A stretch of 64,000 nt of DNA from Octopus vulgaris (taxonomy: Eukaryota). Each line of letters opens with the position of its first letter. Positions within the stretch are counted from its first letter, which is position 1. The stretch lies in the NCBI GenBank assembly GCA_951406725.2, contig OX597827.1, forward strand, positions 66,464,001-66,528,000, in the 5' to 3' direction. A program made the position numbers and the translations under genes. Positions 12,381-28,353 of this stretch are shown piece after piece. The notes below the pieces were generated by a model that ran no database searches, was not told the DNA's origin, and saw only the letters and a list, made by a program, of their open reading frames with translations.

Positions 12381-12584
12381 CAAATCCTAGACGATACATA
12401 TAACGGTATCATATTGACAAGGGGGAAAAGAGAGGTTTCAGTGTGCTAAAATAGAACAAAGCTGATGTAATACGCAGATACAATTCTGTATCCCCAAAAT
12501 ACAATCCTGCGCAAGGGGCATAGGGGTGCAGATGACTGATTATAGGGCCAAAGCTAACATGAGTTTTTCGAAAACGCACTACTA

Positions 12585-12624
<40 letters not shown>

Positions 12625-12626
12625 AT

Positions 12627-12875
12627 TGGAGCATTCCGTCCGTTGCGACGACGAGGGTCCCAGCTGATACGATCAACGGAACAGTTTGCTCGTGAAATTA
12701 ACGGGCAAGTGACTGAGCAATCCACAGAGACATGTACCCCTGGGAGATTCAGCGTGACACAGAATGTGACAAGGCTGGCCCGTTTGCATTACTGGTACAA
12801 CTCATATTTGCCAGCTGAGTGGACTGGAGCAACGGGAAAGTAAAGTGTCTTGCTCAAGGACACAACGCGTCGCCA
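12627..12875 (-). mobile_element. 5'-truncated SINE (family D body, tail type 1)
   Basis: Reverse complement of the body and tail of the copy at 33192-33515. Confidence 0.85.
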
Positions 12876-14671
12876 CACTTTCTTACTACTTCTGCCACAA
12901 AGCAGAGGAAACATTGTGTAACCCACTATCGTTTGGTAAACTTTCAAACCCTAGTCTAGACTGCGAATCATCTGTACCGCAGGATGGTTCAGCTCTCCAC
13001 CCGTTAAAATCCACAGTTTATTGAATGAGGATAACAACGTAGCTTTCGCGCCTGTGCAACCGCCAGTTTATCTGGTATGGTGGGTAGATCTTCAAGTTGC
13101 AACACGCATTCTTAGTAGCTTAGAGTAGGCTCGAATTAGAGATTATTCTTTGTGGCTAATGGCGTGAGTCCTGATTGGAAGAAGAAGTAGAAGAAGAAGG
13201 AGAAGAAGAAGAAGAAGAGACAGCTGGCACCAATCACGATTCTTTCTTTGCGTTATTGTCTCATCTAAAACATGTCGTTCATTCTAGCTTGCTTCAATAA
13301 CAAGATAGAACTTATTTATTTCAAAGGCCACGTCGATTCTAGACGTACAGTGAAATGTTTTCAATCATAAAAATAATTCTAGGATGGATTTGTTTACGAT
13401 ATATTTGATTGAAAAAAAAAGCACTTCATGTAAAAATATTAAAAATATAATTAAATTATCTTCAAAAGATAATTTTATCAAAATATTTTATCTCCAGCGA
13501 TATTCATTCAGAATCGTTTCATTTCACATTAATGCCGAACTTACGTCTATTGTTACAGGATTCCTTGCGTTGTATCACGATAGGATCATATTATTGTTAT
13601 CTATATTTCATAATGAAGCATAACGTAAACAGATAAGTCTATTAGAACTAATTAATTCTATTAGATTTTCTCTTTGGAAATACGATCAGGATTAATGGAG
13701 GCCCCCAAGACACAACTACGACTCAATCAGATAAAATAATGAGAGGAGGTCATACTAATCGCATGATATACAACACCTTTCTGGAAATATATTTGTGAAG
13801 AATTGTTTAAATTTAAACATTACACACAATGTTCAATTATCATGAAGTTATTCAATTAATGTTTGAAATCTGTTGATTGTATGTACTTCGCTAGATGCGA
13901 CATTTGTTATGTTGCAAGAGCTGGCAAGAAAGCGAGAGAGAAATACCCGCTGTTGCAAATAAATACCAACAGTAAAGAACTAATTTCAATATTGTTAGTC
14001 GTAAGCGTTTGTTGCAAACCGATAATTGTTTATTAAGTATGCGTCTCTACTTAATTACATATTAGCATGATGCAGTCGTAATAGATCTTCATATTGATTC
14101 TGTTTATAGTCACTTCGATTCAGTCATGATGTCGATATATGTTAAATGTTATTGGAATATTCATTGAACTGGCGGCAGCCGACATTTACTCATACAAATC
14201 AGATCGGCAATGATCGGATTTTAAAAACGTATCAATCATTTTCTGAATTACGTGTTGTATAATGTTATTCATTCATTTGTATCTTCCATCTCTTCATCAA
14301 ATGTTGCCATCATAGCTTAATTTTTGACAAACCTCTAATTTAAATGTATTTAGCATGAATACTAACAATAACAATTTCAACGTCGAAAATAGACTCCAAG
14401 AGAAAATATATAATTGAATAACAATGATTTCGAATACATTTAAACGGAATGCAGCACTTAACTCGTTCATACCATAACCCAAAAGAGTAAACGGTAATGT
14501 CACCCTTGGCAGCTTTTGAGCACATGGTACAAAAATGGTAAGTAGCCTAATTAAAGAGTCGTGACCTCAATACGGTCTGATATTTGGAGAATTACTCTAC
14601 CTAACTTGCTTTTTTCCACTGTGCTTATATAACATACTGAAGAAAATACTACAGTCAATATTAACAAATAT

Positions 14672-14974
14672 TGTTTGTTCCTTCTCGAGCCATGCCTGGC
14701 TCATAAGCGCCGGTTTCCCGGTTTCCTTGGCGTATAGGTTCCCCACCTGGACGGGACGCCGGTCCGTCGCAGGTGAGCTCAAAGATGCAGGATGAAAGAG
14801 TGAGAAAAAGTTGTGGGGAAAGAGTCAGCAGAAGTTCGCCATTACCTTGTGCCGGAGACTCGTGGAGCTTAGGTGTTTCGCTCATAAGCACACACATCAC
14901 CCGGTCTGAGATTCGAACTCACGATGCCTAGACCGCGAGTCCGCTGCACTAACCACTAGGCCATGTGCCTCCAC
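14672..14974 (-). mobile_element. Full-length SINE, B-related head with tail type 2 variant
   Basis: Head gtggaggcacatggcctagtggttag. TSD attaac(a/g)aatat at 14660-14671 and 14975-14986. Confidence 0.92.
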
Positions 14975-15709
14975 ATTAACGAATATAGCAATATGAATGC
15001 ATCGTACTTAAGTCTCTTCGACAAAAGACTAACAATTTTAACTCTTGTAATATAGTAAGATCATATCAGGTGAAGTAATGAGACACAAAATGCATAAATG
15101 TTTTAAACCCCTACAAAGCGTAGGTTAAATGCTTAATGGAATGTTCCTTCCACGCTTTGGATGGTGCTGCAGAAACCCCTATACACAAGGTATTCTAGAC
15201 TACGGCCAACGAATGTTGAGAGACTCACTGGAATTAAATTATTCTGGGCAGACAGCATCAACTTTCACTTAAACTGTTTGCACCATCTACCTGTCACTGC
15301 GTTTGTTTTCTATAGCAATTACAATGTGTATTGTTTCTTAGATTTAACTGGTTTTCTCCTCTCACACACATTCGACACACACTTGTCAACGCTGTTGCCA
15401 CTTCGGAGAGTACAGTCTCGTAAAACACTGTTTGTTGATAAAATGTCAGCAGCCTTGCAACATTTAAAAACTTGAAAAATTCATAAGCTATACAATAAAG
15501 ATCTCAATCTCAACTGTCGCAGAAGCTCTTCGAAAACAATAGTCAACTCTCATGCTTAAAGGTGTAATTAATTAAAAATCAATAACAAAAATATTTACTA
15601 CAATTTTGTTTACATTTCTTCCCACCCATTATCAGTATCATACAGTATAGTGGATAATTTTGATATTCACTTTATATTTGATTAAAAATGGAACAAGACC
15701 AGGAACTTC

Positions 15710-16320
15710 GGGAAAGGGGCTTAGTCGAGTATATTGACATCAGTGCTGAGCAGGTATTAATTTTGTGAAACCTGAAACGATGAGAGGCAAAGTTGCTCTC
15801 GACGGGATTTGAACTCAGAACATAAACTTGGGCGAAATGCTGGTAAGTATTTTGGTTATAACCTTAACATATATACTATTACAGACACCGTTCTTGAATG
15901 GATTTCATCAGTGTGTGTTTGTATGTGTATGCGCGTATGTGTAAGCATTGTGTGTATGAACGTAAGCGTACGGATGCATTGCTGTAGGAGTACGCTTGCA
16001 GGTGTGTGTAAAGTTGGGGTGATCGACAATATGTGCGATTATGTTCGTGAGACTTTTTGCAAAAGGCACTTGAAACTGTCACAGTATATGAAAAATAAGT
16101 TTAAGGCTGTGGGCTGGCAAGATCGTGATCACACCGTGATATTATGCTTAGCGGCATTTTGTCCGTTTTTAATTTTGTGTTCAAATTCCGCGAAGGGCGA
16201 CCTTTCTTTTCATCCTTTTGACGTCGATAAAATAAGTACCACTTGAACACTGGGGGCGATTGAATCGACTTAGACGCTCACCCAAAATTTCTGGCCTTCT
16301 GCCAAACTTCGAAACCAGCA
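15710..16320. mobile_element. Two old, divergently oriented SINE family C copies (~15710-15860 minus; ~16108-16320 plus)
   Basis: Degenerate ttcaaattccgc..gg.cgac.tt.c.tttcatcc...gtcgataaaataagtacc motif on each strand. Confidence 0.7.
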
Positions 16321-16365
16321 TATGAAGTTTTTAAAAGCTTAGAAAATTTTTGAAACAGATATACA

Positions 16366-16930
<565 letters not shown>

Positions 16931-17759
16931 TGAACAATTTTGAAAGACGAGAGCGCTAATATGACATGAGGAGCACTTCATTTCAAAACGCCTGTGTCAT
17001 TCTATTTTCTAAGACACTATACTTAATGGGTAATAGTATTTACGACAATCTTTCTCTAGATACCTATTTGTGCGTGGATGTATGCGTATGTGTGTTTAAG
17101 TTTGGGTGTGTGTGTGAGTGCTTATGTTTTATATACTGAAAAATAGAGGGTGATTACTTCAGGGATCCATCAAAATACTTATCATTTTTCTTTTGATTTT
17201 ACATAACATTGATATCGTTTCCCACCTTTTTCCCACCTTAATCACAATATTGGCTTATTTGTCATGTTCAATAAGAACAGTCGTAATTGAAAGGAGTATA
17301 TTTTTTACTCAGCCGATCTTCCCTTTCCTCCATATGATAGCGTTTCTTGTTGAAAAATTACGAGAGCATTTATATATAATTTTGTGCAGACCACATATTT
17401 GCATAAAATTACATTAAATCAAACAGAAACTTTAAGAAAATATCTGCAATAACGATGATTATGCAAAAGCTAGTTAGGAGAACATCTACAAAATAACGAC
17501 AAAGTCAATATAAGTTTGTTCATATTGAACTAAACAATATTGTTCATAATTCTCATAGAGTGTAAGACAATTAAATATAAAATAAAAGTAATCAAAGCGA
17601 ACAATCTATGTAACAAATAGATTCTCTTTAAGAAAATAACATTGGTTTCAATTAGATGTGAAATTCATTTGTATATATGTCTAACTTCCAAATTGCGGAA
17701 ATAGGAAATACAGGTAAGAAAGTTACACATAGATATATACAAACAGGTAGAGAAATACA

Positions 17760-18706
<947 letters not shown>

Positions 18707-19430
18707 TGTCTAGCTAGTACCCCACAGACTTAAACTAATACAAATGAGTTCAGTGAAATGTCTCAGTTATGGTCGAGGAAGACAGAATTAAAATGGAGGA
18801 TGCATGAAGAGAAATGATATTGACAGAAAGAGCAGACAGACAAATGTATGTTAAGAGATATACTGAGAATTGGGAAATGAATAGTTATGTTTCAATTATA
18901 TTTGTGGCTACTTAATCTAAATTACATGCCCAGAATAATGAGTAGGCGTCTAGATTTATCTAATAGTTACCAAGAATATTAAATTATTAGTTAGACATAT
19001 ATCTTAATTATTTAACTGTCCGCATAAATTTAGGCAGTGCATTTGGAACTAATGAAACTTTTCTTTCCGGTGTGGTTACATACCTTAGGCATTATATTTG
19101 TATTGCTGTTTACGCATATATGATAATTCTATGTACAAATCTAACTCTTCAAAAGATACAGGTCACGCAGCCATGCTGATACTCACGGAGACTTTCATAT
19201 ATCATACACACAATTTTATACATTTGTGCGCACATATTGTGGTATGTTTATGTGCGCGTATGTTGATAGATACAGGTATTATACACACACAGAAACATAT
19301 ATTATCTAAATACATACATATATACATATTGAAAAGTAGGATAAAATCTGTATAAGTATTTATCAAGTAGTTAGCTTGAAAAGCCTCATAAGGGAAAATT
19401 CATCAATTATTTCTCTTACATATATTTATT

Positions 19431-19578
19431 TATATTAAGGGCATTACTATATATAAATGTTCCACGCTAGGAGGGACTCTTAAAGTCAAAACTACCAAAT
19501 AAATAATATTATGGTTGTTTTGACTGTAAGAGTCTCTCCCAGCGTGAAGCATTTATGTATAGTAATGCCCTTAATATA
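19431..19578. repeat. Fold-back palindrome (~67-bp arms) abutting (AATAC/AATAT)n
   Basis: tatattaagggcattactat...aaaactacca / tggttgttttgact...agtaatgcccttaatata. Confidence 0.92.
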
Positions 19579-19749
19579 ATATAATACAATACAATACAAT
19601 ACAATACAATACAATATAATATAATATAATATAATATAATATAATATAATATAATATAATATAATATATATATATATAATAAATTTAAGCATGGTCTGGT
19701 TTTCATTATGGTATTCTAAAAAATAAAATAAATGTGTTACACATTGATG

Positions 19750-20115
19750 AAATATTTTGTAATGGTCGTAAAGTTCAATTAACGCTTTCATACGTTCGTA
19801 GTAATCATCAGATTTTAAAACGTATTTAACTGACTGATGAGTTCTTGACAACTGTAGTAAAATGACTGACTTCGTCTTTTTCGTACCTCTTGGAAAGCAA
19901 CCACGTAACTTAAAGAAACTATTAACAACGGCAAAATTTACATATACAATATCCATGTGTAATGATAATTGATGTGGAGCGTGTCAATACATCCTTATTG
20001 GTAGATCGATTAGGGCAAAAATTGGAAAGATTTTCGCAAATGCACGAATTGCGAGGAACTATATTTTGGCGTGATATGGAATGCACTATCGGAACTCCCA
20101 CGAGTCCATAGACCA
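19750..20115. mobile_element. Degraded PLE ORF remnants in opposite orientations
   Basis: Minus: VKYVLKSDDYYERMKALI..HY resembles the pre-RT motif VVxxxxDYxxKMxxLLxD..Y. Plus: IIDVERVNTS...CTIGTPTSP resembles DVxxLFT...GxAMGSPxSP. Confidence 0.35.
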
Positions 20116-21391
20116 TGAATCCGAAATACTAACATTAGCCAAATTCCATCGTGCGAACTTGTAGAAACTTGATCAGGTAATATTTCTAATATTCCCTTTC
20201 CATTCCATGATACAAGTGACATTTTAGTATCATTACCAACGTCGTTGCAGCAACAATGCAAATGAAAGGCCACCCAGAAACATCTAAGAATTAAAAACGT
20301 ATCCTTAGGGGGTAAACAACAACATACCGTATTTATGCAGATGGAACCAAAAAAAGTACATACAGACATACATTACTACTTCATATCTGTAGTTTTTATC
20401 CATTACAAACGCCGTCAAATTCTAAGGATAACAGTGTGGTTTTTGGTCCACGGGAAATGCTGTGGTGAAGATGTAGAAAATAATAGGGAAAACTTGTGAC
20501 AAACGCGCAAATGTCAGGACTGAAAGGCTTAACAGAACATCGAAATAACTCGTCAAGGATAGATATCGAACCTCAATACATTACCACTGGTAGGATGATG
20601 ACGTCCACCATTATATCCACCATCACCAACACCACCACGACCACGACCACCACCACAACCAATACCAACACCAACACCACCACCAGCACCACAAACACAA
20701 CCTCTACCAAACCACAAACACGTTCACCCCACCACCACCATCAACATCATTAACAACAACAACAACCACAATAACAGCAACACGATCACTACCACTGCCA
20801 ATATCAGTACCACCATGACAGCCACTATTACGCACCAACAGGGGTGGTGTTGGGAACACCGTTTTCAGATGGAAAATTTTTACAGCAACAAATCTAGTGA
20901 ACACAATCAATGCAAAATAATGAAACGAACAATCTGAAAAGGAACAGCATCAAATAACCACGTAAAAAAGAAACTAACACGATGAAGGCAACGGCACAAA
21001 AATACAAGAACAATTTCATTTCAGCTAATAAATTTAACAATAAAACCTCAATCATTAAAACAGAACAACCAACGTCAAATTATTTAAAAACTGATCTTCA
21101 TCAACTTGAATGTGCTAAATAACCCAAAGTGCGGGAAAACATAACGATTTTCTATAAAAGTAGTGCACTATGCTACGGCTCATGATATGTGGTTATGCGT
21201 AGACTTAACGTAGTTTAGTTGTGAAAGAAGAATTAAAGACGATACAGGTACATCAACCTAATTTGGAATGAATTTTCCTAGAATTCGTCAGATTCGCGGT
21301 CATGTATTTCTTTGCAAAATGAACACCATGTTTACGAAGCAGGATTTTTTGTCAAGCCATGAGATCCACTGCCTGACACTGCATCAAGGCA

Positions 21392-21493
21392 TTTATTATT
21401 GTTATTATTATTATTATTATTATTGCTATTATTATTGTTGTTGTTATTGTTGTTGTTGTTCTTCTTCTTCTTCTTATCCCTCTTCTTCATATT

Positions 21494-21549
<56 letters not shown>

Positions 21550-21587
21550 TATTATCATCATCATCATCATTATTATTATTATTATCA

Positions 21588-21651
<64 letters not shown>

Positions 21652-21730
21652 CATCATCATTATTATTATTATCATTATTATTATTCTTATCATTCTTCTT
21701 CTTATTATAATTATTATTATTATCATTATG
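21392..21730. repeat. (TTA)n/(TCA)n/(TTG)n microsatellite
   Basis: Direct reading. Confidence 0.97.
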
Positions 21731-21955
21731 TTTTTGTATTTGAGGGTTTGTTGTAACTCCTGGAATCTTGCATGCGAAGTGGGTTTGATTTCTGCAGCTT
21801 ACGGTACCAGGCTATCTGTACATTTCAACTATCTAATACTTACCTGATTATTCTGTAACGGTTCTGCTGGACACTCTATTCCCTTTACCTTTATATTCAT
21901 CTTGATGCCTTCTGATACTATCCTAAAGAACCCCACAATATTTCATACTTAAGAG
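21725..21955 (-). mobile_element. 3' end of an R4/Dong-like RLE non-LTR retrotransposon
   Basis: Minus strand, frameshifted: IVG(S)LG.VSEGIKMNIKVKGIECPAEPLQ...IIR*VLDS*, like the R4/Dong C-terminus. A short 3' UTR runs into (TAA)n, the known Dong target. Confidence 0.7.
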
Positions 21956-22998
21956 GAGTGTGTGTATGATTTTTTTCACCTTCCTTCTTGACCGTTCATT
22001 GGTGAAAGGGGCACGCAACATGAAATGTACAGTATATTATTATTGTCATCATCATCATCATCATCAACATCATCATCATCAGCATCATCATCATCATCGT
22101 CGTCGTCATCTTCGTCGTCATCATATGATTATCAACAGTTTACAGAGTCGACGATTTGAGAAAGCCTGAGACATTCTTCAAAAAACTGTAATGAACGAGG
22201 CCATAACAGCGGTTTTTTTAGAAGAGGCAAATAAATTTATTTGACCAGAGAAATTCACATGAAGTACATTGAAAAACGTATACGTAAAAAAGATAATCGC
22301 TGAACTTTATGATTCGGAAATACACAAAAACGAAAAAAAATTCATTTTATTTACAAGATTGTAAATACTTTTAATAATTCTACCAAAGTTTAATTGTTTC
22401 AGACAAGCAAATTTCAGGATATACAAGTTCACTGTAAAGATATAATATTAATATCGTAAAATGAATAAAGATATATACATAAATAAACTTGAACGGTTTT
22501 CTGAATACAAGGTTATATGAATACAGTTGTAGAAATATCTCCATTCAGTTATATCAGAACGCGTAATACCAAGCTATTTGAATATAGTTATATCAGTGCA
22601 TTTATAGAGCTGCATAATATAAGCAGAGCGCCATAAATGCGACTGCATTATATTATAGTTTATTTATAATAATAAATTTTGTTTGTTTTAAATCTAGCTG
22701 ATGTTAAATTCCGGGGTCAATAAAATAAGTAGCAGTTAAATACCGACGACTATCTTTCCGCGTGATTATAACTCTGAAAAATTAATAGCTGTGTGTTCAT
22801 GCTGGGAATATTTAAGCTTCTATGGATTCAGTTTATGTGAGTAATTTCACCTTAATACAATTATATTGTGAGAGCGAAATAATTATCCGAGCTATACAAA
22901 TAACCATATCACTGCACACATACACACACACACATATATAAGATAAACTTACTTGGAAACGGATGCGTAGCGTTCAGTCATACAATAATATATATAAA

Positions 22999-23036
22999 GG
23001 CGCAGGAGTGGCTCTGTGGTATGTTGATTGCCTACT
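22999..23036 (+). mobile_element. SINE family A head, interrupted after ~38 nt
   Basis: ggcgcaggagtggctctgtggtatgttgattgcctac, then unrelated sequence. Confidence 0.8.
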
Positions 23037-23430
23037 GCGCATGCGTTAGTCAGTGACCGCTACACTGGTATTGTCAAGACATTGCTTTCGCAGCGTTCTT
23101 GACGTGAAGAACATTGAAGATACGAATGTAATGTAGGTATCTATTTTTCTGGGAGGGGGATTTAGCGGGGTTTTGTTGTTTGATATTGTTTTTCTTTTCG
23201 CAAATAAGAAATGCTCACTGGGACCCGGACATTTGTCTGCCTGCAGTCGCGCTAAGTAACTCACTTAACTGTGAGAATTGTTGTTTTAGGTGGTGTGTCT
23301 CCCATTCGAAAAGAAAAAAGTTGTGAAATTCTTTGAATTTTACGAAAAATTGTGAAATTTGTGGATTTTACCAAAAAGTTGTGAAATTCGTGGAATTGTA
23401 CCAATTTGTGGAGCTCTGTTCCTGCTGGTG
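23037..23430 (+). mobile_element. 5' UTR of a Tx1/L1-like non-LTR element
   Basis: Homologous to the reverse complement of 30540-30710 (ggggtt..gttgttt..gatatt, ctcactgg, ctg.ctgcagt, ctcacttaa.tgtgagaattg.tgttt). A ~29-bp repeat occurs three times at 23315-23405. Confidence 0.7.
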
Positions 23431-23559
23431 AGTTACTCTAGGCCAGGAATGCTGCCAGAACCCCGTCTTATATTGTGATTCAAAGACTTTGATTCTTTGA
23501 TGCGGAGGCTACTATAACTGCTTTTAACTTTATTTCTATTTGTTATGGCGAGATTACGA

Positions 23560-23930
23560 CTCCCTCTAACGAAATTAGACAAGACCACTGCATATATAAA
23601 TAGTAGCGGTCCGAGGTAATGGGCAGTTCGTAGTTTTGTCTCTGAAGTCCAGGTACAGTTTACAGTTCGAGTTAGTTTGTTGGAAATATTGATAATCGTT
23701 CGCAAAAGATGGTTGGTTCGTTACGTGTTTGATACTGCCGCACCTTCTAATTTACGTTGCTATAACGCTGTTACAGTGTATTTTTGATCTATTGTCTACA
23801 ATATCAACTGAACGACGATATTGGAGGCGTAAGGATATAACACTTGTTAAAGAAATTAACCAGTGTGAAGTATATATCAGTATTTATGACTTTCAAAAAT
23901 TTCCTACCATTATTCATTCTGTATGGAGAA
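23560..23930. mobile_element. Possible CR1/L2-type RT remnants
   Basis: Minus HYLGPLLFIY resembles QGSVLGPLLFxIY; plus YDFQKFPTIIH resembles DFxKAFDxVxH. Confidence 0.35.
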
Positions 23931-23948
23931 TCATAGAATAATATTTTG

Positions 23949-24036
<88 letters not shown>

Positions 24037-24691
24037 ATATCTATCTATCTATCTCTGTTTTACCTATATATTTTCGGTTTAAGATCGGTTTCACTGTAAT
24101 TTAACTAAGATATTTTTATTGCGGCATGGACGTGCACAAACGTTCTTGCATAAGGAAGTTAAGAAATTAATCTATAATGAATGCAAAATCGTTCAAAAAT
24201 TAGGGTCAAGGGAAGTGAAATAACAATTAAGAAAGATAATTACGTTTCCTGATCTTTGAAGTCCGGCAAATCCACACGTATTCTTGTGTATTCTGATTAA
24301 AATCAGTGACAATGTTTCCCATTCAATTGTACATCAACCGCCTTGTATGTTATTTTTACTTCAGTTAGTCTACAGAGTGAAACATGGTTGGTGTAAAAAT
24401 TTCGGTGTAATGGATGGCTCGTGGAGCCGAAACATAGAATCGCACATACTCATACAGATAGATACGTCTCACACACATATATACACACACTCATATGCAC
24501 ATATACATGCGTTTATGAATATGCACCACTAGTCCACAGACATATATGCGTACATACCTATATGTTTTCAACAGTTTCCTTAACAGCATTGTGAGTCTTC
24601 CTTACAATTAAAAGGAATCTACATGCAAAGATTTGTAACGAAATCGAGAGACGTGATATATACTTACTCCGGTTGTCCTAAACATACATAC

Positions 24692-24735
<44 letters not shown>

Positions 24736-24998
24736 TTGCATTCATACATGTATGCATGTATATATATATATGTGTATATACATATATATGTATATATATA
24801 TGTGTATATACATATATATATATATCTATATACACACACACATATATATATATATATGTATGTATGTATGTATATATATATAGGTATATACAATAATAAT
24901 ATTAGGGAGTAATTTAATATATATATATATATGTATATATATATACATATATATATACATATATATATATGTATGTATATACATATATATATGTATAT

Positions 24999-25064
<66 letters not shown>

Positions 25065-25589
25065 GGATACAAACATTCACAGAAGCTCACCCAGGCACAC
25101 ATAATATATACATCCATACAGAGGAGCATACAAAAACTGAAAACCAGACACACACACACACACCAACACACACACACATACACGAATACATTCCCACTAT
25201 TGTCACATAATGGTTTTTTTGTCAGCTCTTATCTTCTGCAAACATCTAATATTTACTTTCACTCTCTTTATCCGTCACTCTGTATTTATGTCCAACATTG
25301 AAACAGTTGAAATTATTTATTTGGGTAATATCCCGTAATATCAAAACGGTTTAAGAGAAACCACACAGTTTACGATAGATTTAATTTATACTCAATACTA
25401 TTTAATCTCATTTCGCTTTGTGTAAATATCTGCTGCGGATATTTATATTCGTATTTCAGGTGTTTTTTTTTGTTTTTATTTCTTCTCTTCTTTTATATCT
25501 TGGTTGTATTTTTTTGAGCTTAAGATTTTCTTTCGCTACTTCCGTTATACTATGTCATCATACGTTCATGTTATATTGCCATTGCTGTT

Positions 25590-25616
25590 GTTACTGCTAC
25601 GACTGCTGCTACTAAA

Positions 25617-25653
<37 letters not shown>

Positions 25654-25845
25654 TTAATACTGAAACCACTACTACATCCACAAGTAATAACACTACAATC
25701 ACCACTAGTACCACTACAGCCACTTCTCACCACCACCGCAAAAACTACCACCACGACTATCACAGGAACGACGATCTCTATGATCAAAACAAGCACCAAA
25801 TCCACAAGCACCAAATCCACAACCACCACCACCATTACTACTACT

Positions 25846-25897
<52 letters not shown>

Positions 25898-26206
25898 ATA
25901 GTGAGACCACTACTACATCCACAAGTAATAACACAACAATCACCACCACTACTACCACCACAGCCACCAGCATTCTCACCATCACCGCTAAAACTACCAC
26001 CACGACTAACACGGCTACCACGATCTCTATGATCAAAACAAGCACCAAATCCAAAACCACCACCAACACTACTACTACTACTATTATTACTACTACTACT
26101 ACTATTACTACTGCTGCTACTACTACTGCCACTACTACTACTACTACTATTACTAGTAGTAGTAGTAGTTGTTGTAGTAGTAGTAGTAGTAGTAGTAGTT
26201 GTAGTT

Positions 26207-26241
<35 letters not shown>

Positions 26242-26280
26242 TGTAGTTGTTGTTTTTGTTGTAGTAGTAGTAGTAGTAGT
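25590..26280. repeat. (ACT/ACC)n field with an internal ~155-bp duplication, flipping to (AGT)n at ~26155
   Basis: Block gaaaccactactacatccacaagtaataacac...cgatctctatgatcaaaacaagcaccaaatcca occurs at ~25660-25805 and ~25903-26053. Confidence 0.9.
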
Positions 26281-26497
26281 TTGTTATTTCACATATTTAT
26301 AGAAGTTTGTACATTGTTGCTCCTGTTAATGCTTAGCAGTATTTCCCTTCGTCTTTACGCTCTGAATTCAAATACCGCCAATTCATCCTCTTGAGCGTTG
26401 ATAAAATAAGTACTCCTAGAAATCTGGAGTCGACGTCGTGGATTTACCGTCCGTTCCATAATTGCTGAACTTGTGCCAAAATTTGAAACTAAATTTA

Positions 26498-26915
26498 TTG
26501 AATGAGAGAGCAGTGCATGCTATCAAAGTGACTACTGGGGTAAAATATACGAAGCCCAGTATACCTAACGTGACTAAATGTCTGATAAGCGTACATCAGA
26601 CACATGCATCATAACCTTATGTGCGTGACATGGTGATCTTATATCAAGATAAACAGCGCATGACCTTGCAGGTGGTGGTCCAGATAGAATTTTGCTCAGG
26701 TCGCATCCTACTCAAAAGGTCCCTGAATAACGGTTGTTTAAGGATATTGAATGAAACACCCACGTTTACAAAGGCGAATTATCGAAACCTGAAAGAATTT
26801 ATTTCAATACATGGTTTAAATCCTCACACACTACTTCTGCTCCTGATCAGAGATGCAGAAATCGTTTGTCACTAAGGGACATGCTCAACTGTAGCGCATC
26901 TTTTATACCAAGACC
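26498..26915 (-). mobile_element. Dispersed repeat, probably a LINE 3' fragment beside (TAA)n
   Basis: Complex ~400-bp block next to (TTA)n. A minus-strand TVEHV near 26890 resembles the RLE-LINE CCHC zinc-finger motif. Recalled as a common octopus repeat, not verified. Confidence 0.45.
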
Positions 26916-26919
26916 ATTA

Positions 26920-26969
<50 letters not shown>

Positions 26970-28239
26970 ATTATTATTGTTATTATTATTATTATTGTTG
27001 TTGTTGTTATTATTATTATTATTATTATCATCATTATCATTATTATTATTATCATCATCATTATTATTATATTCTTCTACTTCTTCTTCTTCTACTTTTT
27101 CTTCTTCTTCTTCTTTATCTTCTTCTTCTTCCTATTGTTATTAATAATGGTGATTTGACTCAAATTCGTTCTTATTCCTGGTATGTGTTATATGGTTATC
27201 ATGTTACAAACAACTCATGCCCTCCCCCAGAATTACTGTCCTTGTGGAAAAAAATTGAAACCATTATGGAAGTAGGAGAAATGGTAGAATTTCTAGCGCT
27301 CCAGGCAAAATTTGTGGCCGCACTTCTTCCGGCTTTATTTTGCATGATCAAATTCGACCCCAATAGCAACTCTGACTTTCATCCGTTCAGAAAGGGTGAA
27401 ACATGTACCAGTTTATCAATTCGTTGGACGTAGTTCACTTCAAAACCCCCATAAATTTGCTGCAATTGCTCTTAAGTTTGAAAGCATGATGCTTGATTTT
27501 ACAGCCTTTCGAAAATCGTTATTTCACTTAAAAATTTCATTGCATATTACAAGTGTCACGTGAAGTATATGACAGAATTTATACGGCATAAAGCATATTT
27601 TCACAAGAATGCAAAAGAGGAAATATCATGAAAATGAAAATCACGGTAACGATAACAAAACAAAAATGCTAAAGTTCAATAAATATTTAACAGGAAGCGA
27701 ATGACAACTATTGTTATTTGATTGCCAAAATGATAGGAAGTATAACACAAACAAAAGCGGAGACACGAAAGCTATACGTACGTGTATGAATGTGTGCGTA
27801 TATCTATGAATGCATGTATGTATGTATGTATGCAAGAATATGTGTATGTATGTATGCATGAATGTATATACGTATGTATTTATATATGTATCATGTATGT
27901 ATTTATGTATACACAGAAACACCTACCCATACATATATATAGACATACACACGCACATACACACATACACAAACACACAAACAAACATATATATATCTAT
28001 ATATATAGATATATATATGCATGAGTATATATATGCGCAACTTGGCATTATATATGTATGTATATATGTATATATGTATATATGTATGTATGTGTGTATG
28101 TATGTATGTATGTATGTATGTGTGTATGTATGAAAGTGTGTGTGTGTACATAAATGGCTTCTTTGGTACAACTGCTGCGTTGATTACTTAAAGAGATTTT
28201 AGAAGTAGCATTTTTGCTTATGTGTGCATATACATACGT

Positions 28240-28276
<37 letters not shown>

Positions 28277-28321
28277 CACACACACATATATATATATACA
28301 CACACATATATATATATATAA

Positions 28322-28353
<32 letters not shown>

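Noticed and set aside
25504-26394. 296-aa Thr/Ser/Leu-rich ORF resembling a secreted mucin
   Set aside because: It is a translation of (CTA)n/(ACT)n/(AGT)n microsatellites plus a local duplication and runs into a SINE remnant; no domain or splice evidence
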